IMG/VR virus record: IMGVR_UViG_3300028844_004072
Span: 1-43,536 of that record
Length of the DNA stretch: 43,536 bases
Source: a virus
Lineage: Duplodnaviria; Caudoviricetes
Strand: one strand, 5' to 3'
The translations under genes were made by a program, and so were the position numbers. Within the stretch, counting starts at the first letter, position 1; each line of letters opens with the position of its first letter. This document shows, one piece after another, positions 9,366 to 17,965 of this stretch. Below the pieces are notes generated by a model that saw only the letters and a program-made list of their open reading frames with translations, ran no database searches and was not told where the DNA came from.

Positions 9366-10112
9366 ATGGTTTTGAGAAAAGGATACGTCGCTCCGCAGGC
9401 CGTCGGCAACATTCCCGACCCAAACGCTGGCGCGGGAACCGAGCAAAATAACGGCGTTGACGTTAAAGTTAGCGGTGCCGTCAATATCTACATCGGCGAT
9501 ACTATGTCGCAAACAGGCGAGCTCTACTGGATGGGTCAGCAAATTGACGACACAGCGATTGTGACTCGCGAGTTCTTTAACGACGTACCAGCGGATTCGC
9601 ACGGCGGGCCTCAAGGCCCACCGATTGATCGACAAGTGCTCGGGCGAATCGTTCAACTCAGCTTCAACCTAAGCACGTGGAGCCAGCGCACGCGAACGTG
9701 GATTGAGCAGCAAAACTACTACTCAGTACCGGGCGCTATCTACGATTGGGAAGTGGGCGAGCCGCTTTTTCAAACACACGGCTTTCGAATCGTTTTGGTG
9801 CCCGCTCGCGACAATCGCATTACAGCGGCTCAACCAGCAACGAAATCTCAAGATTGGTTCTGCTACAACTTTCCTATGTGCGTTATGGCCGGGCCCATCG
9901 AAGCCAGTCAGAGCACGAAATTTACGACGCTCTCATTCACGATGGAAGCACACCGCGTGCCTCAGATAAGCAATACTCTTTCAGGCGTTATTTGGAACCG
10001 CGACGTAACCGGAGTCGATCAAGCGGTTGCCGCTAGGCAAGAGGAAATGCAAGCACAATACGACGCGATACTCGCCGAGCGAGCGAAAACTGCCCCCGTG
10101 CCGGAGGAATAG
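9366..10112 (+). CDS. Putative tail tube or other virion structural protein
   Basis: 248 aa, beta-rich pattern, last gene of the head operon. The function is inferred from position only. Confidence 0.4.
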   Translation: MVLRKGYVAPQAVGNIPDPNAGAGTEQNNGVDVKVSGAVNIYIGDTMSQTGELYWMGQQIDDTAIVTREFFNDVPADSHGGPQGPPIDRQVLGRIVQLSFNLSTWSQRTRTWIEQQNYYSVPGAIYDWEVGEPLFQTHGFRIVLVPARDNRITAAQPATKSQDWFCYNFPMCVMAGPIEASQSTKFTTLSFTMEAHRVPQISNTLSGVIWNRDVTGVDQAVAARQEEMQAQYDAILAERAKTAPVPEE

Positions 10113-10165
10113 GCGGGCGGCTTGCGGGCTCCCCTTCCTTCGCCACCGGCCCGCAGGCCGTTCGC
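10113..10165 (+). terminator. Long GC/GU hairpin at the convergent junction (terminator-like, no U tract)
   Basis: GCGGGCGGCTTGCGGGCT (10113-10130) pairs with GGCCCGCAGGCCGTTCGC (10148-10165), 18 bp including G-U pairs. Confidence 0.55.
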
Positions 10166-10167
10166 TA

Positions 10168-10593
10168 TCATCGCAATCGCGAGAAGTGTTCCGTTGCGAT
10201 ATGGCACATTATTGAAATGTCGTCGGAATCGCGTGCGTTCGTCGTTCTGCCGCCGTAACGCAGTTCGATCTTACTAGGCTCAATTTTCGTGAACCAGTAA
10301 TCTCCTTCGGAGTCTCGCACGACTAGCAAGGTATCGAGCCCGAAAGCGTACGAGTAAAACAACGCTTGTTTGATTTTCGTGCTGCCGAACATCAGCGTTG
10401 GGAACTTGCCAAATTTGTGGCTTCTGCACTTAATCTCGACAAAAGCGACGGGTTTTTCGTTTCTAACCGCCGCATAATCTAGCTTGTCGTAACCAGCGAG
10501 CTTTTTGAGCTCGCAATTCCAAGCCGTTTCGCACGCTTGTCGAACTTCCGCTTCTCGCGCTTCATCTTCAGGAGTTTCGTATTTTGGCCGCAT
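10168..10593 (-). CDS. PD-(D/E)XK family nuclease
   Basis: KLDYA...VAFVEIKCR motif; the only convincing minus-strand gene. Confidence 0.75.
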   Translation of the reverse strand: MRPKYETPEDEAREAEVRQACETAWNCELKKLAGYDKLDYAAVRNEKPVAFVEIKCRSHKFGKFPTLMFGSTKIKQALFYSYAFGLDTLLVVRDSEGDYWFTKIEPSKIELRYGGRTTNARDSDDISIMCHIATEHFSRLR

Positions 10594-10760
10594 TAAAAAG
10601 TTCCTGCAATCATTGTGGCAAACCTAATAGCGATGGAAAAACGATTTGCTTTAAATGTCATTGCCCGCAATGCAAAAGACTTTGCGTGCTTTGCGAGTGC
10701 GGAAAAGTGGACAAAACGAAAAATTAAAATCGTCCACATTTATTTTGTGCCATTGTCGCA

Positions 10761-10788
10761 GAATCTACGAATCTACGAATCTACGAAT
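10761..10788. repeat. Tandem 8-mer (GAATCTAC) x3.5
   Basis: gaatctacgaatctacgaatctacgaat in the divergent intergenic region. Confidence 0.9.
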
Positions 10789-10812
10789 TACCTTGTCGCA
10801 GCCGTATTATCC

Positions 10813-10869
10813 TCGGACATTCGGACACTAAACGTCCGAAATTCGGACACTAAACGTCCGAATGTCCGA
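10813..10869. repeat. Nested palindromic array built from TCGGAC half-sites (operator- or origin-like)
   Basis: TTCGGACACTAAACGTCCGAA occurs at 10820-10840 and 10842-10862, flanked by TCGGACA and TGTCCGA. Confidence 0.9.
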
Positions 10870-10913
10870 CGATATCGACGGCTCGCAATGTTGCAATTTT
10901 TTTTTAATTGGAG

Positions 10914-10954
10914 TTGACACGTGAGAAAACCGATAGTATCTTACATTCTCACGT
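10914..10954 (+). promoter_or_regulatory. Sigma70-like early promoter with an overlapping inverted repeat
   Basis: TTGACA (10914)-N17-TATCTT (10937); inverted repeat ACGTGAGAA (10919-10927) / TTCTCACGT (10946-10954). Confidence 0.7.
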
Positions 10955-10982
10955 TTCACTTTATCGCACGAAAGGCTAAGAG

Positions 10983-11156
10983 ATGAAAGTAAAAGTCGAA
11001 ATCAACCGCAGGAATGTCGTCACAAACATCGAGAACAATGAGGAGTGCGATGGCTTTGGGAAAGCGAAGATCGAAGTGGGGGATAAACTAAAAAACGAGT
11101 TTCTTGCACTTCTTATGATGAATCCCCACCGTTTTGAGATCGTTCGATCCGCATAA
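10983..11156 (+). CDS. Small hypothetical protein (57 aa, MKVKVEINRR...), below the ORF-track cutoff
   Basis: Translated by hand; preceded by an ACGAAAGG RBS-like motif downstream of the promoter. Confidence 0.65.
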   Translation: MKVKVEINRRNVVTNIENNEECDGFGKAKIEVGDKLKNEFLALLMMNPHRFEIVRSA

Positions 11157-11185
11157 CGACGTCACACACAACAAGGCAAAAAACA

Positions 11186-11683
11186 ATGGATATTGAACTA
11201 ACAGTCGTTTTTGCGAACGGAACTAGGAAAAACGAATTCTCGAAGGAAATCGTAAAATGGGAAGTGCGTTGCGAGATTGAAAGCAGCGACGATTTAGACG
11301 TGCATTATTCGTTCAAGGATTACACAAACCCTATGCGAGCTTGTTTGTTTCGCACGCTCGACGCTCTAATCGAGGACGGCATTGTGCGTGAATACAATCA
11401 CCGGGAGCGCGACGGCGACTCTAGCGATAGCAAGATGATCCCGAGCTTTGCGTGGAAATCGGAACGTGGATCGCTCGTAACAGCAAAGCACGTGCTCGGG
11501 ACGCAATGCGAGTTTATTTGTATCGTCGAATTAAAACTCGATTTTCTTCAAGAATTTTGCGTTTGCCGCTATTGGAGCGGGGATCCAACTTGGTTCAGTG
11601 GTCGCTACCACGGCGACTTGGCAAGCGCGTTAAAGCAATACAACGCAACGTCGGCGGTAAACGTCACTCTAGCGGAGTGCTAG
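11186..11683 (+). CDS. Hypothetical early protein
   Basis: 165-aa ORF with an AAGG RBS; no recognised motif. Confidence 0.65.
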   Translation: MDIELTVVFANGTRKNEFSKEIVKWEVRCEIESSDDLDVHYSFKDYTNPMRACLFRTLDALIEDGIVREYNHRERDGDSSDSKMIPSFAWKSERGSLVTAKHVLGTQCEFICIVELKLDFLQEFCVCRYWSGDPTWFSGRYHGDLASALKQYNATSAVNVTLAEC

Positions 11684-11693
11684 TGACACGTGG

Positions 11694-11722
11694 TTGACAC
11701 GTGATATGGATTATGGTAAGCT
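11694..11722 (+). promoter_or_regulatory. Second sigma70-like promoter
   Basis: TTGACA (11694)-N17-TAAGCT (11717) with a TGn extension; shares GTTGACACGTGA with the 10914 promoter. Confidence 0.65.
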
Positions 11723-11754
11723 ACTGTTTTGACGCTCAAACGAAAGGTAAAGCA

Positions 11755-12327
11755 ATGAGCAACAAATATGAGTATGAGTACGAGTGGAAACTAGAGCAGC
11801 ACGTCTACTACAGCGCGAGGTACAACGGTACGGGCTTCGATCCGCCTACCAGCGACATAGAGGCATCCTATGAGTTTAACGCTTCGAGGAATAACGGCGT
11901 TCGCATAAGTGGCGATGAGCTTCCCGTCTTGTTTGAGTTTCTCGAGGACTGGCACGACTGTCAGCCGTCGGAAAAGTGGGTGCCGATAATCAAGCACGCA
12001 GGCGACGCTACAGTCGGCTACGAAATCAGCTTGCAATTCCGAAAGTTCGACTGCAAAACGGCGAATCTAGTACAGCAAGGTTACGCCTACGTCGATCAAT
12101 CAAATTGGCAGCTAGACACATACTTCGTCGACGCGAGAGATCGGCAATTCAGAAAAACAGAGAAGCGTCACCAGCGGGACATTACGAACGCTATGGCGGA
12201 TCACTTCAGTGCGTTTCGCAATCTCAGCAACGCTTACGAATTGCGGCAGCAAAGCGGTCACACGCACCACCAGAACGAGCTCAACCAGCTTAATCGAGCG
12301 TGGATTGAGCGAGTCGCTGAACAATGA
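11755..12327 (+). CDS. Hypothetical early protein
   Basis: Start moved to ATG 11755, which follows ACGAAAGG; the track's 11701 start lies inside the promoter. Confidence 0.7.
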   Translation: MSNKYEYEYEWKLEQHVYYSARYNGTGFDPPTSDIEASYEFNASRNNGVRISGDELPVLFEFLEDWHDCQPSEKWVPIIKHAGDATVGYEISLQFRKFDCKTANLVQQGYAYVDQSNWQLDTYFVDARDRQFRKTEKRHQRDITNAMADHFSAFRNLSNAYELRQQSGHTHHQNELNQLNRAWIERVAEQ

Positions 12328-12365
12328 TTGCTGCAATATCACTATTACTCTGGTGGATCCTATGA
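12324..12365 (+). CDS. Putative 13-aa hydrophobic micropeptide (MIAAISLLLWWIL)
   Basis: ATGA overlaps with both neighbours. Confidence 0.45.
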   Translation: MIAAISLLLWWIL

Positions 12366-12436
12366 GCGAAAAACAATCAGCGTTGCTAATTTTTCTTTTT
12401 TGGTTACTTGGTCTTTTAATGGCAGGTGGAATATGA
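12362..12436 (+). CDS. Putative 24-aa membrane micropeptide (MSEKQSALLIFLFWLLGLLMAGGI)
   Basis: ATGA overlaps with both neighbours; single hydrophobic stretch. Confidence 0.55.
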   Translation: MSEKQSALLIFLFWLLGLLMAGGI

Positions 12437-13344
12437 GCAGAAAACGAGAACAGTGGTTACTCGAGCGAAAGAAAGGCATTGGCGGAAGCGACATTGCCGC
12501 GATAGTCGGCCTATCGAAGTGGCAAACGCCGATGGACGTGTGGCTCGACAAAACTAGCAAGGAAACTAATGACGAAACGAATCTTGCGATGGAGCTCGGC
12601 AATTACTTGGAACCGCTCGTAATCGAGAAATACAAGCAAGCTACAGGCAACAGCGTAATCTCGAATTTCAACGCGATACGTGACGAAAAACACGAGTTTG
12701 CTCGATGCAATCTCGACGGATTCGTCCTGACACAGGAAGGCGATAAGGGAGTATTAGAAGTCAAAACAGCCGGCAACAGCAGAGAATGGGGGGATCCGGG
12801 AACGAGCGATATACCTAAGCACTACTACTGTCAGTGTCAGTGGAATATGCGAATTGCCGGCGTCGATTGGTGCGACGTTCCCGTGCTCTTTTTTGACTAC
12901 GGACGCCGAATCGAAGTGTATAGCGTGGACGCGGATGCAGAGTTTCAGCAATGGCTCATCGAGGAAGCAGAGCGATTTTGGCAAGGCGTGATAAACGACG
13001 TTATGCCATCAGCGGCGACGAGTCGCGAGTGCGAGAAAGCGTATCCGCATCACAACGTCGGCTCGGAAGCGGAAGCCGACAACGATTTATGCGATGCAAT
13101 CGAGGCTTTGCGCGAGATTAAGAAGCAGCAAAAGAAACTAAAGGAAACGCAAGACATGCTGGAGGCTGGAATAAAACTAGCGATGCAAAACAGCGAAAAG
13201 CTAGTCGATGGATCGAACGTGCTCGCAACGTGGAAAAGCAGCAAAACAAGCAGGTTCGATCAATCGCGATTCAAAAAAGATCATCCTGAATTGGCAAAGC
13301 AATTCACAACTACAACTACCAGCAGAAGGTTTTTACTGAAATGA
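12433..13344 (+). CDS. YqaJ-like (lambda exonuclease family) recombination nuclease
   Basis: WLLERKKGIGGSDIAAIVG, GNYLEP, CNLDG, LEVKT and YYCQCQW; start moved to ATG 12433. Confidence 0.93.
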   Translation: MSRKREQWLLERKKGIGGSDIAAIVGLSKWQTPMDVWLDKTSKETNDETNLAMELGNYLEPLVIEKYKQATGNSVISNFNAIRDEKHEFARCNLDGFVLTQEGDKGVLEVKTAGNSREWGDPGTSDIPKHYYCQCQWNMRIAGVDWCDVPVLFFDYGRRIEVYSVDADAEFQQWLIEEAERFWQGVINDVMPSAATSRECEKAYPHHNVGSEAEADNDLCDAIEALREIKKQQKKLKETQDMLEAGIKLAMQNSEKLVDGSNVLATWKSSKTSRFDQSRFKKDHPELAKQFTTTTTSRRFLLK

Positions 13345-14138
13345 GTGAATCTAAAATCAACCCGGCACTAGCGGAAATCGTCGAAGCGGAAACACAGGCT
13401 CTAACGACGAGCGAACAGGCTCGCAGCCGAGGCATCATCGAAGCCGGGCTAACAGTCGCGGCGGCGAGGCCGAGAAACGAGGCGAAGGCGATAGAGCGGG
13501 TACAAAACGCGTGTCAGCGCGTGAGGCTCGCAGAGTCAGCGTGCTACACGTACAGCAAAGGCGGCTCGGAAATCACCGGCCCTAGTATTACTCTCGTCAC
13601 ACAAGTCGCGTTAGCGTGGGGAAACATTGACTGGGGATACCGCGAGCTATCGCGAGCTCGAGGCGAAAGCACAGTAGAAGCGTTTGCGTGGGATCAACAG
13701 ACGAACGCTAGGTACTCGAGGCAGTTTATCGTTCCGCACCGAATCAGAGTCGGTGGTCGCCAGCGGGAGCTACGCGAAGATGAGCTTGCTGACTGGATCG
13801 CGAACCAAGCGCAGCGTCGCGTGAGGACATGCCTAGAGAACGTGATACCGCGTGACGTAATTGAGGAAGCGGTCGACGAGTGTAACCGCACGCTGAAGTC
13901 GAGCATCGACCTAGACAGATCGAAGATTATGACAATGATCGAAAAGTTCGAGGAGTTGGGGGTGACACGTGAACAAATACAGGCGAGGATACAACGCAGC
14001 ATCGATGCAATCCAGCCAGCACAGTACCTAGCGATGCGACGAATCTACACGTCGATTGCCGACGGTATCACGACCGCGCAGCAGGCGTTTCCAGTAATCG
14101 AGCAAGAAGAAGCTCCGAAAGAGAAAGGCAAGAAGTGA
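13341..14138 (+). CDS. Putative single-strand annealing recombinase partner of YqaJ
   Basis: Coupled to YqaJ by ATGA; RPRNE...YTYSKGGSEITGPSI...WGN pattern. The function is inferred from context. Confidence 0.55.
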   Translation: MSESKINPALAEIVEAETQALTTSEQARSRGIIEAGLTVAAARPRNEAKAIERVQNACQRVRLAESACYTYSKGGSEITGPSITLVTQVALAWGNIDWGYRELSRARGESTVEAFAWDQQTNARYSRQFIVPHRIRVGGRQRELREDELADWIANQAQRRVRTCLENVIPRDVIEEAVDECNRTLKSSIDLDRSKIMTMIEKFEELGVTREQIQARIQRSIDAIQPAQYLAMRRIYTSIADGITTAQQAFPVIEQEEAPKEKGKK

Positions 14139-14446
14139 TGGGAAGCGAAAGAATAGAAAAAATCGTTTCGGACAGGATTTGGCAACGGCTCGCGGAACGA
14201 AACACGTCAGTCAGGCAGGTCGCTCGCGAGAACGGAGTTTCGAGCGCTTCGGTGCAGCGTATTGCAAACGGCACTCACGCAGGAACGAAGCACCTAGGGA
14301 AGCCAAGACAGTGCAATCCAAGAAGCCCCGTTGCAAAAGAAACTGTCGAGGCAGTAAAGAAGAAGCGACTAGACGGCGCGACGATTAAAGAGCTCGTAGA
14401 GTCGTTTGGTATTAGCGTTTCTAGTGTTTACAGGTTCATCAAGTAA
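14135..14446 (+). CDS. HTH DNA-binding protein (two HTH-like motifs)
   Basis: SVRQVARENGVSSASVQRI and TIKELVESFGISVSSVYR. Confidence 0.75.
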   Translation: MMGSERIEKIVSDRIWQRLAERNTSVRQVARENGVSSASVQRIANGTHAGTKHLGKPRQCNPRSPVAKETVEAVKKKRLDGATIKELVESFGISVSSVYRFIK

Positions 14447-14519
14447 AAAAAAGAAAGCCGGGCAATCACGAAATGAGCGTACGTGAAAACCCGGCTTCAA
14501 CGAAAGGTAAGGTCATTAT

Positions 14520-15392
14520 ATGTCGCAACAAAAAAAACACCACTGGTTTCCGCTTTATTCGGACGCGTGGGTAGTCGGAACTCGCGTATTGACGTACAGG
14601 CAGCAAGGAATTTACTTGCAGCTATTGATTCTGCAATTTCAGAGCGAATTTCAGGCAATCGACAAGAAGCGAGCGGCGAGAGTTCTGAACATCGAGCTAG
14701 ACGACGCGGATTTAGACGAAGTGCTTAATGAAAAATTTAGGCCGATTCGACTCGAAGGCGACCCAGCGAAACAGGTGTATCGCAACCAACGGATGAAAGA
14801 AACAGTCGAAGAACAGGAGGAAAAAAGCAAGAAGCGTGCAGCGAGTCTCGAGCGTGCTCGCAAAAGCAAGGCAGCAAAAGCGCAACGACTCGCGGACGAG
14901 TACGTGGAGTTGCGCTCTGTAACAGAGTGCAGCGGCAGCGCAGAGTTGCGTCCTGATACAGGCAAAGAGTTAGAGTTAGAGTTAGAGCTAGAGTTAGAGA
15001 CAGAGGAAGATAGTAAAGAGATAGATAACAACGCGAAGAAAACGCGTCGTGTAAATAAGCAAGCAACGGCATTTATGGATAGCTGGAACGAAGTAGCTCG
15101 AGCTCATCACGAATTGACTTGTATCGACACGTGGAGCAGAAAAAGGCAAGACAAGTTTCGCTCGCTCAAAAAAGCGATGGGCGAAAGTTGGCTAAACGAA
15201 ACGTGGGCACGGGCGTTGGCGCAACTACCCATTCCTAATCGCGAATCCTTTAGGTGGCAGCCTACATTTGATTGGTGCATGGCAGAGGCAAATTTACTCA
15301 AACTAGCGGAAGGTAATTACAGCAATGGCGCAAAAACGAAAACAGATAGCGAAAAGCGAACCGAGCGAGTCAATGAATTCCTCGAGTGGTGA
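14520..15392 (+). CDS. Replication initiator (DUF1376/YdaU-like N-terminus)
   Basis: WFPLYSDAWVVGTRVLTYRQQGIYLQLL; ELELELE linker; C-terminal FDW...N..KL.EG.Y typical of lambdoid O-type proteins. Confidence 0.8.
   Translation: MSQQKKHHWFPLYSDAWVVGTRVLTYRQQGIYLQLLILQFQSEFQAIDKKRAARVLNIELDDADLDEVLNEKFRPIRLEGDPAKQVYRNQRMKETVEEQEEKSKKRAASLERARKSKAAKAQRLADEYVELRSVTECSGSAELRPDTGKELELELELELETEEDSKEIDNNAKKTRRVNKQATAFMDSWNEVARAHHELTCIDTWSRKRQDKFRSLKKAMGESWLNETWARALAQLPIPNRESFRWQPTFDWCMAEANLLKLAEGNYSNGAKTKTDSEKRTERVNEFLEW
14966..15007 (+). repeat. AGAGTT hexamer tandem inside the initiator gene
   Basis: agagtt agagtt agagtt agagct agagtt agagac agagga. Confidence 0.85.
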
Positions 15393-15990
15393 ATTAGAGC
15401 GACAACAGAAGCTACGGTTTGCGGCTGTAATCGAGCAGCTTGGCGTGATTTACAACAAGGAGATTGACAAGGTTCTGTTACGAGTGTACTGGGCTGCGTT
15501 GAAGGACGTGTCTATCGACGAATTGGAAAAAGCCGTGTATTCGCATATCGCGCTCGAAAAGTGGTTTCCCAAGCCGTGCGAGCTTCGGAGAATCGACGCA
15601 ACCGCAGTCAGTTTTCGGGCGTGGGACACAGCGATCACAGCGGCAGAGCGAGTAGGTGCTTACAAAACCGTCGACTTCGAGGATCAGGCTATCAACGCAA
15701 CGATACGATTTATGGGCGGTTGGCGGCAGTTTTGCGCGATGAAGAACGATGAAGAACACTGGCGGCGGCAGGAGTTTTTGCAATCGTACCGGGAGTTTCG
15801 GAACCACGGCCTATCAGGTCATCAGGCGGCACCGCTTGTCGGTATCTCGCAAAAACAAGACGCGATTGGTATTGCGTCGCACCCGGTAGATGCGAAAAGA
15901 TTAACGGCGCGTACTGCAACTAACACGGCTCAAACACGAAAGGCATTAGAAAATGAAGGGATTAAAGTACAAGCGATTAAGGCTGTTTGA
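15325..15990 (+). CDS. Putative helicase loader (DUF6475-like); the start may be 15373
   Basis: Follows the initiator; YW..LKD...KWFPKPCEL and VDFEDQAINATIRFMGGW. Confidence 0.6.
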   Translation: MAQKRKQIAKSEPSESMNSSSGELERQQKLRFAAVIEQLGVIYNKEIDKVLLRVYWAALKDVSIDELEKAVYSHIALEKWFPKPCELRRIDATAVSFRAWDTAITAAERVGAYKTVDFEDQAINATIRFMGGWRQFCAMKNDEEHWRRQEFLQSYREFRNHGLSGHQAAPLVGISQKQDAIGIASHPVDAKRLTARTATNTAQTRKALENEGIKVQAIKAV

Positions 15991-16195
15991 AATCTGTTTG
16001 GTCAGGAAAACACGGGACACCGTGTTTGTCGGAGACAGTAACGACCGCGTTTTTTCGATACCGAGATTCGTCGAGGGCAACGTGCCGCACGATGCGATTT
16101 TCGAGGACGGAAGAATGTGGATTATTCAAGATTTAGAAAACAACACGGTTCGATGGAAATACAACCAGCCTATGTTTGACGGTTGGGATCAATAA
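15953..16195 (+). CDS. Hypothetical protein
   Basis: 80-aa ORF filling the operon. Confidence 0.5.
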   Translation: MKGLKYKRLRLFEICLVRKTRDTVFVGDSNDRVFSIPRFVEGNVPHDAIFEDGRMWIIQDLENNTVRWKYNQPMFDGWDQ

Positions 16196-16213
16196 CACAA
16201 AAAGGGGCGAGAG

Positions 16214-16531
16214 ATGGAATTATTACATTGGGCACTACAGCAGCGCGACGCGGCTCTCGAGTCGGTTTCAAAAACAACGTGCGAGCAATGGCGTTCGGAA
16301 GCAATGGCTTTGGTGCGACAAGAAATCAAAGACGGCGAGACTTTTACGGCGGAGGACATTCGATTGCTTTGCGAATCTCGAAATCTGGTTCCGCACCACA
16401 GAAATGCGTGGGGAGCGTTTACGAAATTTATCTTACGGCGAGGTTACATGATTGAAACGGGGGATTGGGTGCCGATGGTCAGCAAGCGAAGCAAGGGTCG
16501 TCGAACGCCGCAGTATCGGAGGACGGTGTAA
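16214..16531 (+). CDS. Hypothetical protein (possible winged helix)
   Basis: 105 aa; FTAEDIR...PHHRNAWGA pattern; TAATG coupling to the next gene. Confidence 0.65.
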   Translation: MELLHWALQQRDAALESVSKTTCEQWRSEAMALVRQEIKDGETFTAEDIRLLCESRNLVPHHRNAWGAFTKFILRRGYMIETGDWVPMVSKRSKGRRTPQYRRTV

Positions 16532-17172
16532 TGATTAAACTCACGAAGATCGGAATGAGGTGCGCAAGTAAGTTGCCGCTAATCAAAACTTACGACGACG
16601 ACGACGATTGCTTCTATTTTGAATTTCCATTCAAGGCAATTTCATTAAATCGGTATATCGCTTTACACCGAATGACGAGAATGAAGTTAAGGCGTCTCGA
16701 GGCGTTAATTATCGCATCGCATTTTTGCGCACCGCCGTCGCCAGAAGGTCATGACAACATAAAGCTCATGCACGCATTGAGAAACGAAATACTTTCACCA
16801 ACGGACAAAAATAAAGAGAAGGCAAAGACGGCTAAAAAGGAGCTAAAAGCACAGAAGTCAGCGATATTAGACGTGTTAAAACAGAAACAGATTCATTTAC
16901 CGCCACTTTGTAAGCCAATGCCGTTCGCGGAAGCAACAAGCGACGACGGCACAGCAAACAAGGTGTGCATTGCTTTTACTCACAAGCGACGTCGACTACT
17001 CGACATAGATAATTACGTAACTAAACATTTACTAGATACGTTCGTGCGAGTCGGATTGCTTGATTGTGACGATCCGCATTATTTGGCGGGCGTTATTCAA
17101 TATCATATTAAAACGGAAAAAGGCGACCCTTCGCCCGATAAAATAGGCGTGTACGTTTACGCGTACGATTAG
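16531..17172 (+). CDS. RusA-like Holliday junction resolvase
   Basis: ISLNRY and RRLLDIDNYVTKHLLDTFVRVGLLDCDD (D.DN..K..D..DD acidic set), with a central insertion. Confidence 0.7.
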   Translation: MIKLTKIGMRCASKLPLIKTYDDDDDCFYFEFPFKAISLNRYIALHRMTRMKLRRLEALIIASHFCAPPSPEGHDNIKLMHALRNEILSPTDKNKEKAKTAKKELKAQKSAILDVLKQKQIHLPPLCKPMPFAEATSDDGTANKVCIAFTHKRRRLLDIDNYVTKHLLDTFVRVGLLDCDDPHYLAGVIQYHIKTEKGDPSPDKIGVYVYAYD

Positions 17173-17225
17173 CAATGCGTGAATAGCTTGCAAGAAAGCG
17201 TCAGAATTGTGTAGGCTCCGAATTA

Positions 17226-17283
17226 CCAAGCGGGCTGGGGGTAGTCGGAGCCGCCCCTTTCGATTTACCCCGGCTCGTTGGGT
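17226..17283 (+). other. Long G-U-rich hairpin in the leader of the late operon
   Basis: AGCGGGCTGGGG pairs with CCCCGGCTCGTT, with an inner stem TAGTCGGA/TTCGATTTA. A possible TTGCAA-N18-TAGGCT promoter lies at 17188-17217. Confidence 0.5.
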
Positions 17284-17303
17284 GTTAAAAAAAAGGCAGG
17301 AAA

Positions 17304-17591
17304 ATGAAAATAGCGGTAATTTCAGTGGTCGCCGTCATCGGGCTATTGCTCGCAGACAACGGCGTGGACGCAGGCGTGCAGAAGGCAGGAAGATCGGTTA
17401 AGAAAGAAGTAAGCCGCGAGGTGAGCTCGGAGCCCGTCGAATTGCCGGAAATCAAGGTTGAGGCAATCATTCCAAGGCGTATGCTTTCGCGCCCGAGCGT
17501 TAGTCGGAAAATCAGCGTAGAACGCTCGAGGGTTGGCAGGAAGCGTCTATTCCCCGTTCTTCGTCGGCGAGCGCTAGGGTGCGAAGCGTAG
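17304..17591 (+). CDS. Small protein with signal peptide and basic C-terminus
   Basis: Hydrophobic N-terminus MKIAVISVVAVIGLLLA; AGGCAGG RBS. Confidence 0.65.
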   Translation: MKIAVISVVAVIGLLLADNGVDAGVQKAGRSVKKEVSREVSSEPVELPEIKVEAIIPRRMLSRPSVSRKISVERSRVGRKRLFPVLRRRALGCEA

Positions 17592-17965
17592 TTGTTTTAA
17601 CGGCGATTTGCCTACTTTACCGTGGCAGCGTCGCAGAAAACATTAAAATCGAGCAGCCGGGACGTAACCGCGTTCTGGCTGTTTTTGTTGCGCGCTCTCA
17701 GCAAATAGCACAAAGCCGAGCAGACTATATGGCTCACTACAATTTGCGTGGACACCCACCCGATTTGGCTGGCGATTGGAAACAGTTAGACAACGCGACG
17801 TTCGAGGGGGTAGGCTGGGCACGGACAAGTTTGGTTTCGACGTGCAGGCCGTCGGGTCGGAGCTCGCATAAAAACGACACTTCGAGAGTGCTTCTAGGCG
17901 ACGCGATTGCTCAGTCAAAACACGGCTACTTTCGCGTCAGAATATGGGGAAAAGCAAATGATTGA
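17579..17965 (+). CDS. Secreted small protein, possible minimal CAP/SCP-like domain
   Basis: Signal-like N-terminus; AQSRADYMA...GH...FEGVGW...TC.P...DAIA...GYFRVRIW. Confidence 0.5.
   Translation: MRSVVVLTAICLLYRGSVAENIKIEQPGRNRVLAVFVARSQQIAQSRADYMAHYNLRGHPPDLAGDWKQLDNATFEGVGWARTSLVSTCRPSGRSSHKNDTSRVLLGDAIAQSKHGYFRVRIWGKAND

Noticed and set aside
10813-10869. Mini-CRISPR array
   Set aside because: The two 21-bp repeats are separated by 1 nt, with no spacers and no cas genes.
10615-10917. 100-aa ORF in the intergenic region
   Set aside because: It runs through the repeat array and ends in the promoter, and its translation just mirrors the DNA repeats.
14966-15007. AGAGTT tandem as a novel element or proven origin iterons
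   Set aside because: An (EL)n/(ET)n linker is common in phage initiator proteins. An origin may lie nearby, but spaced iterons were not evident.
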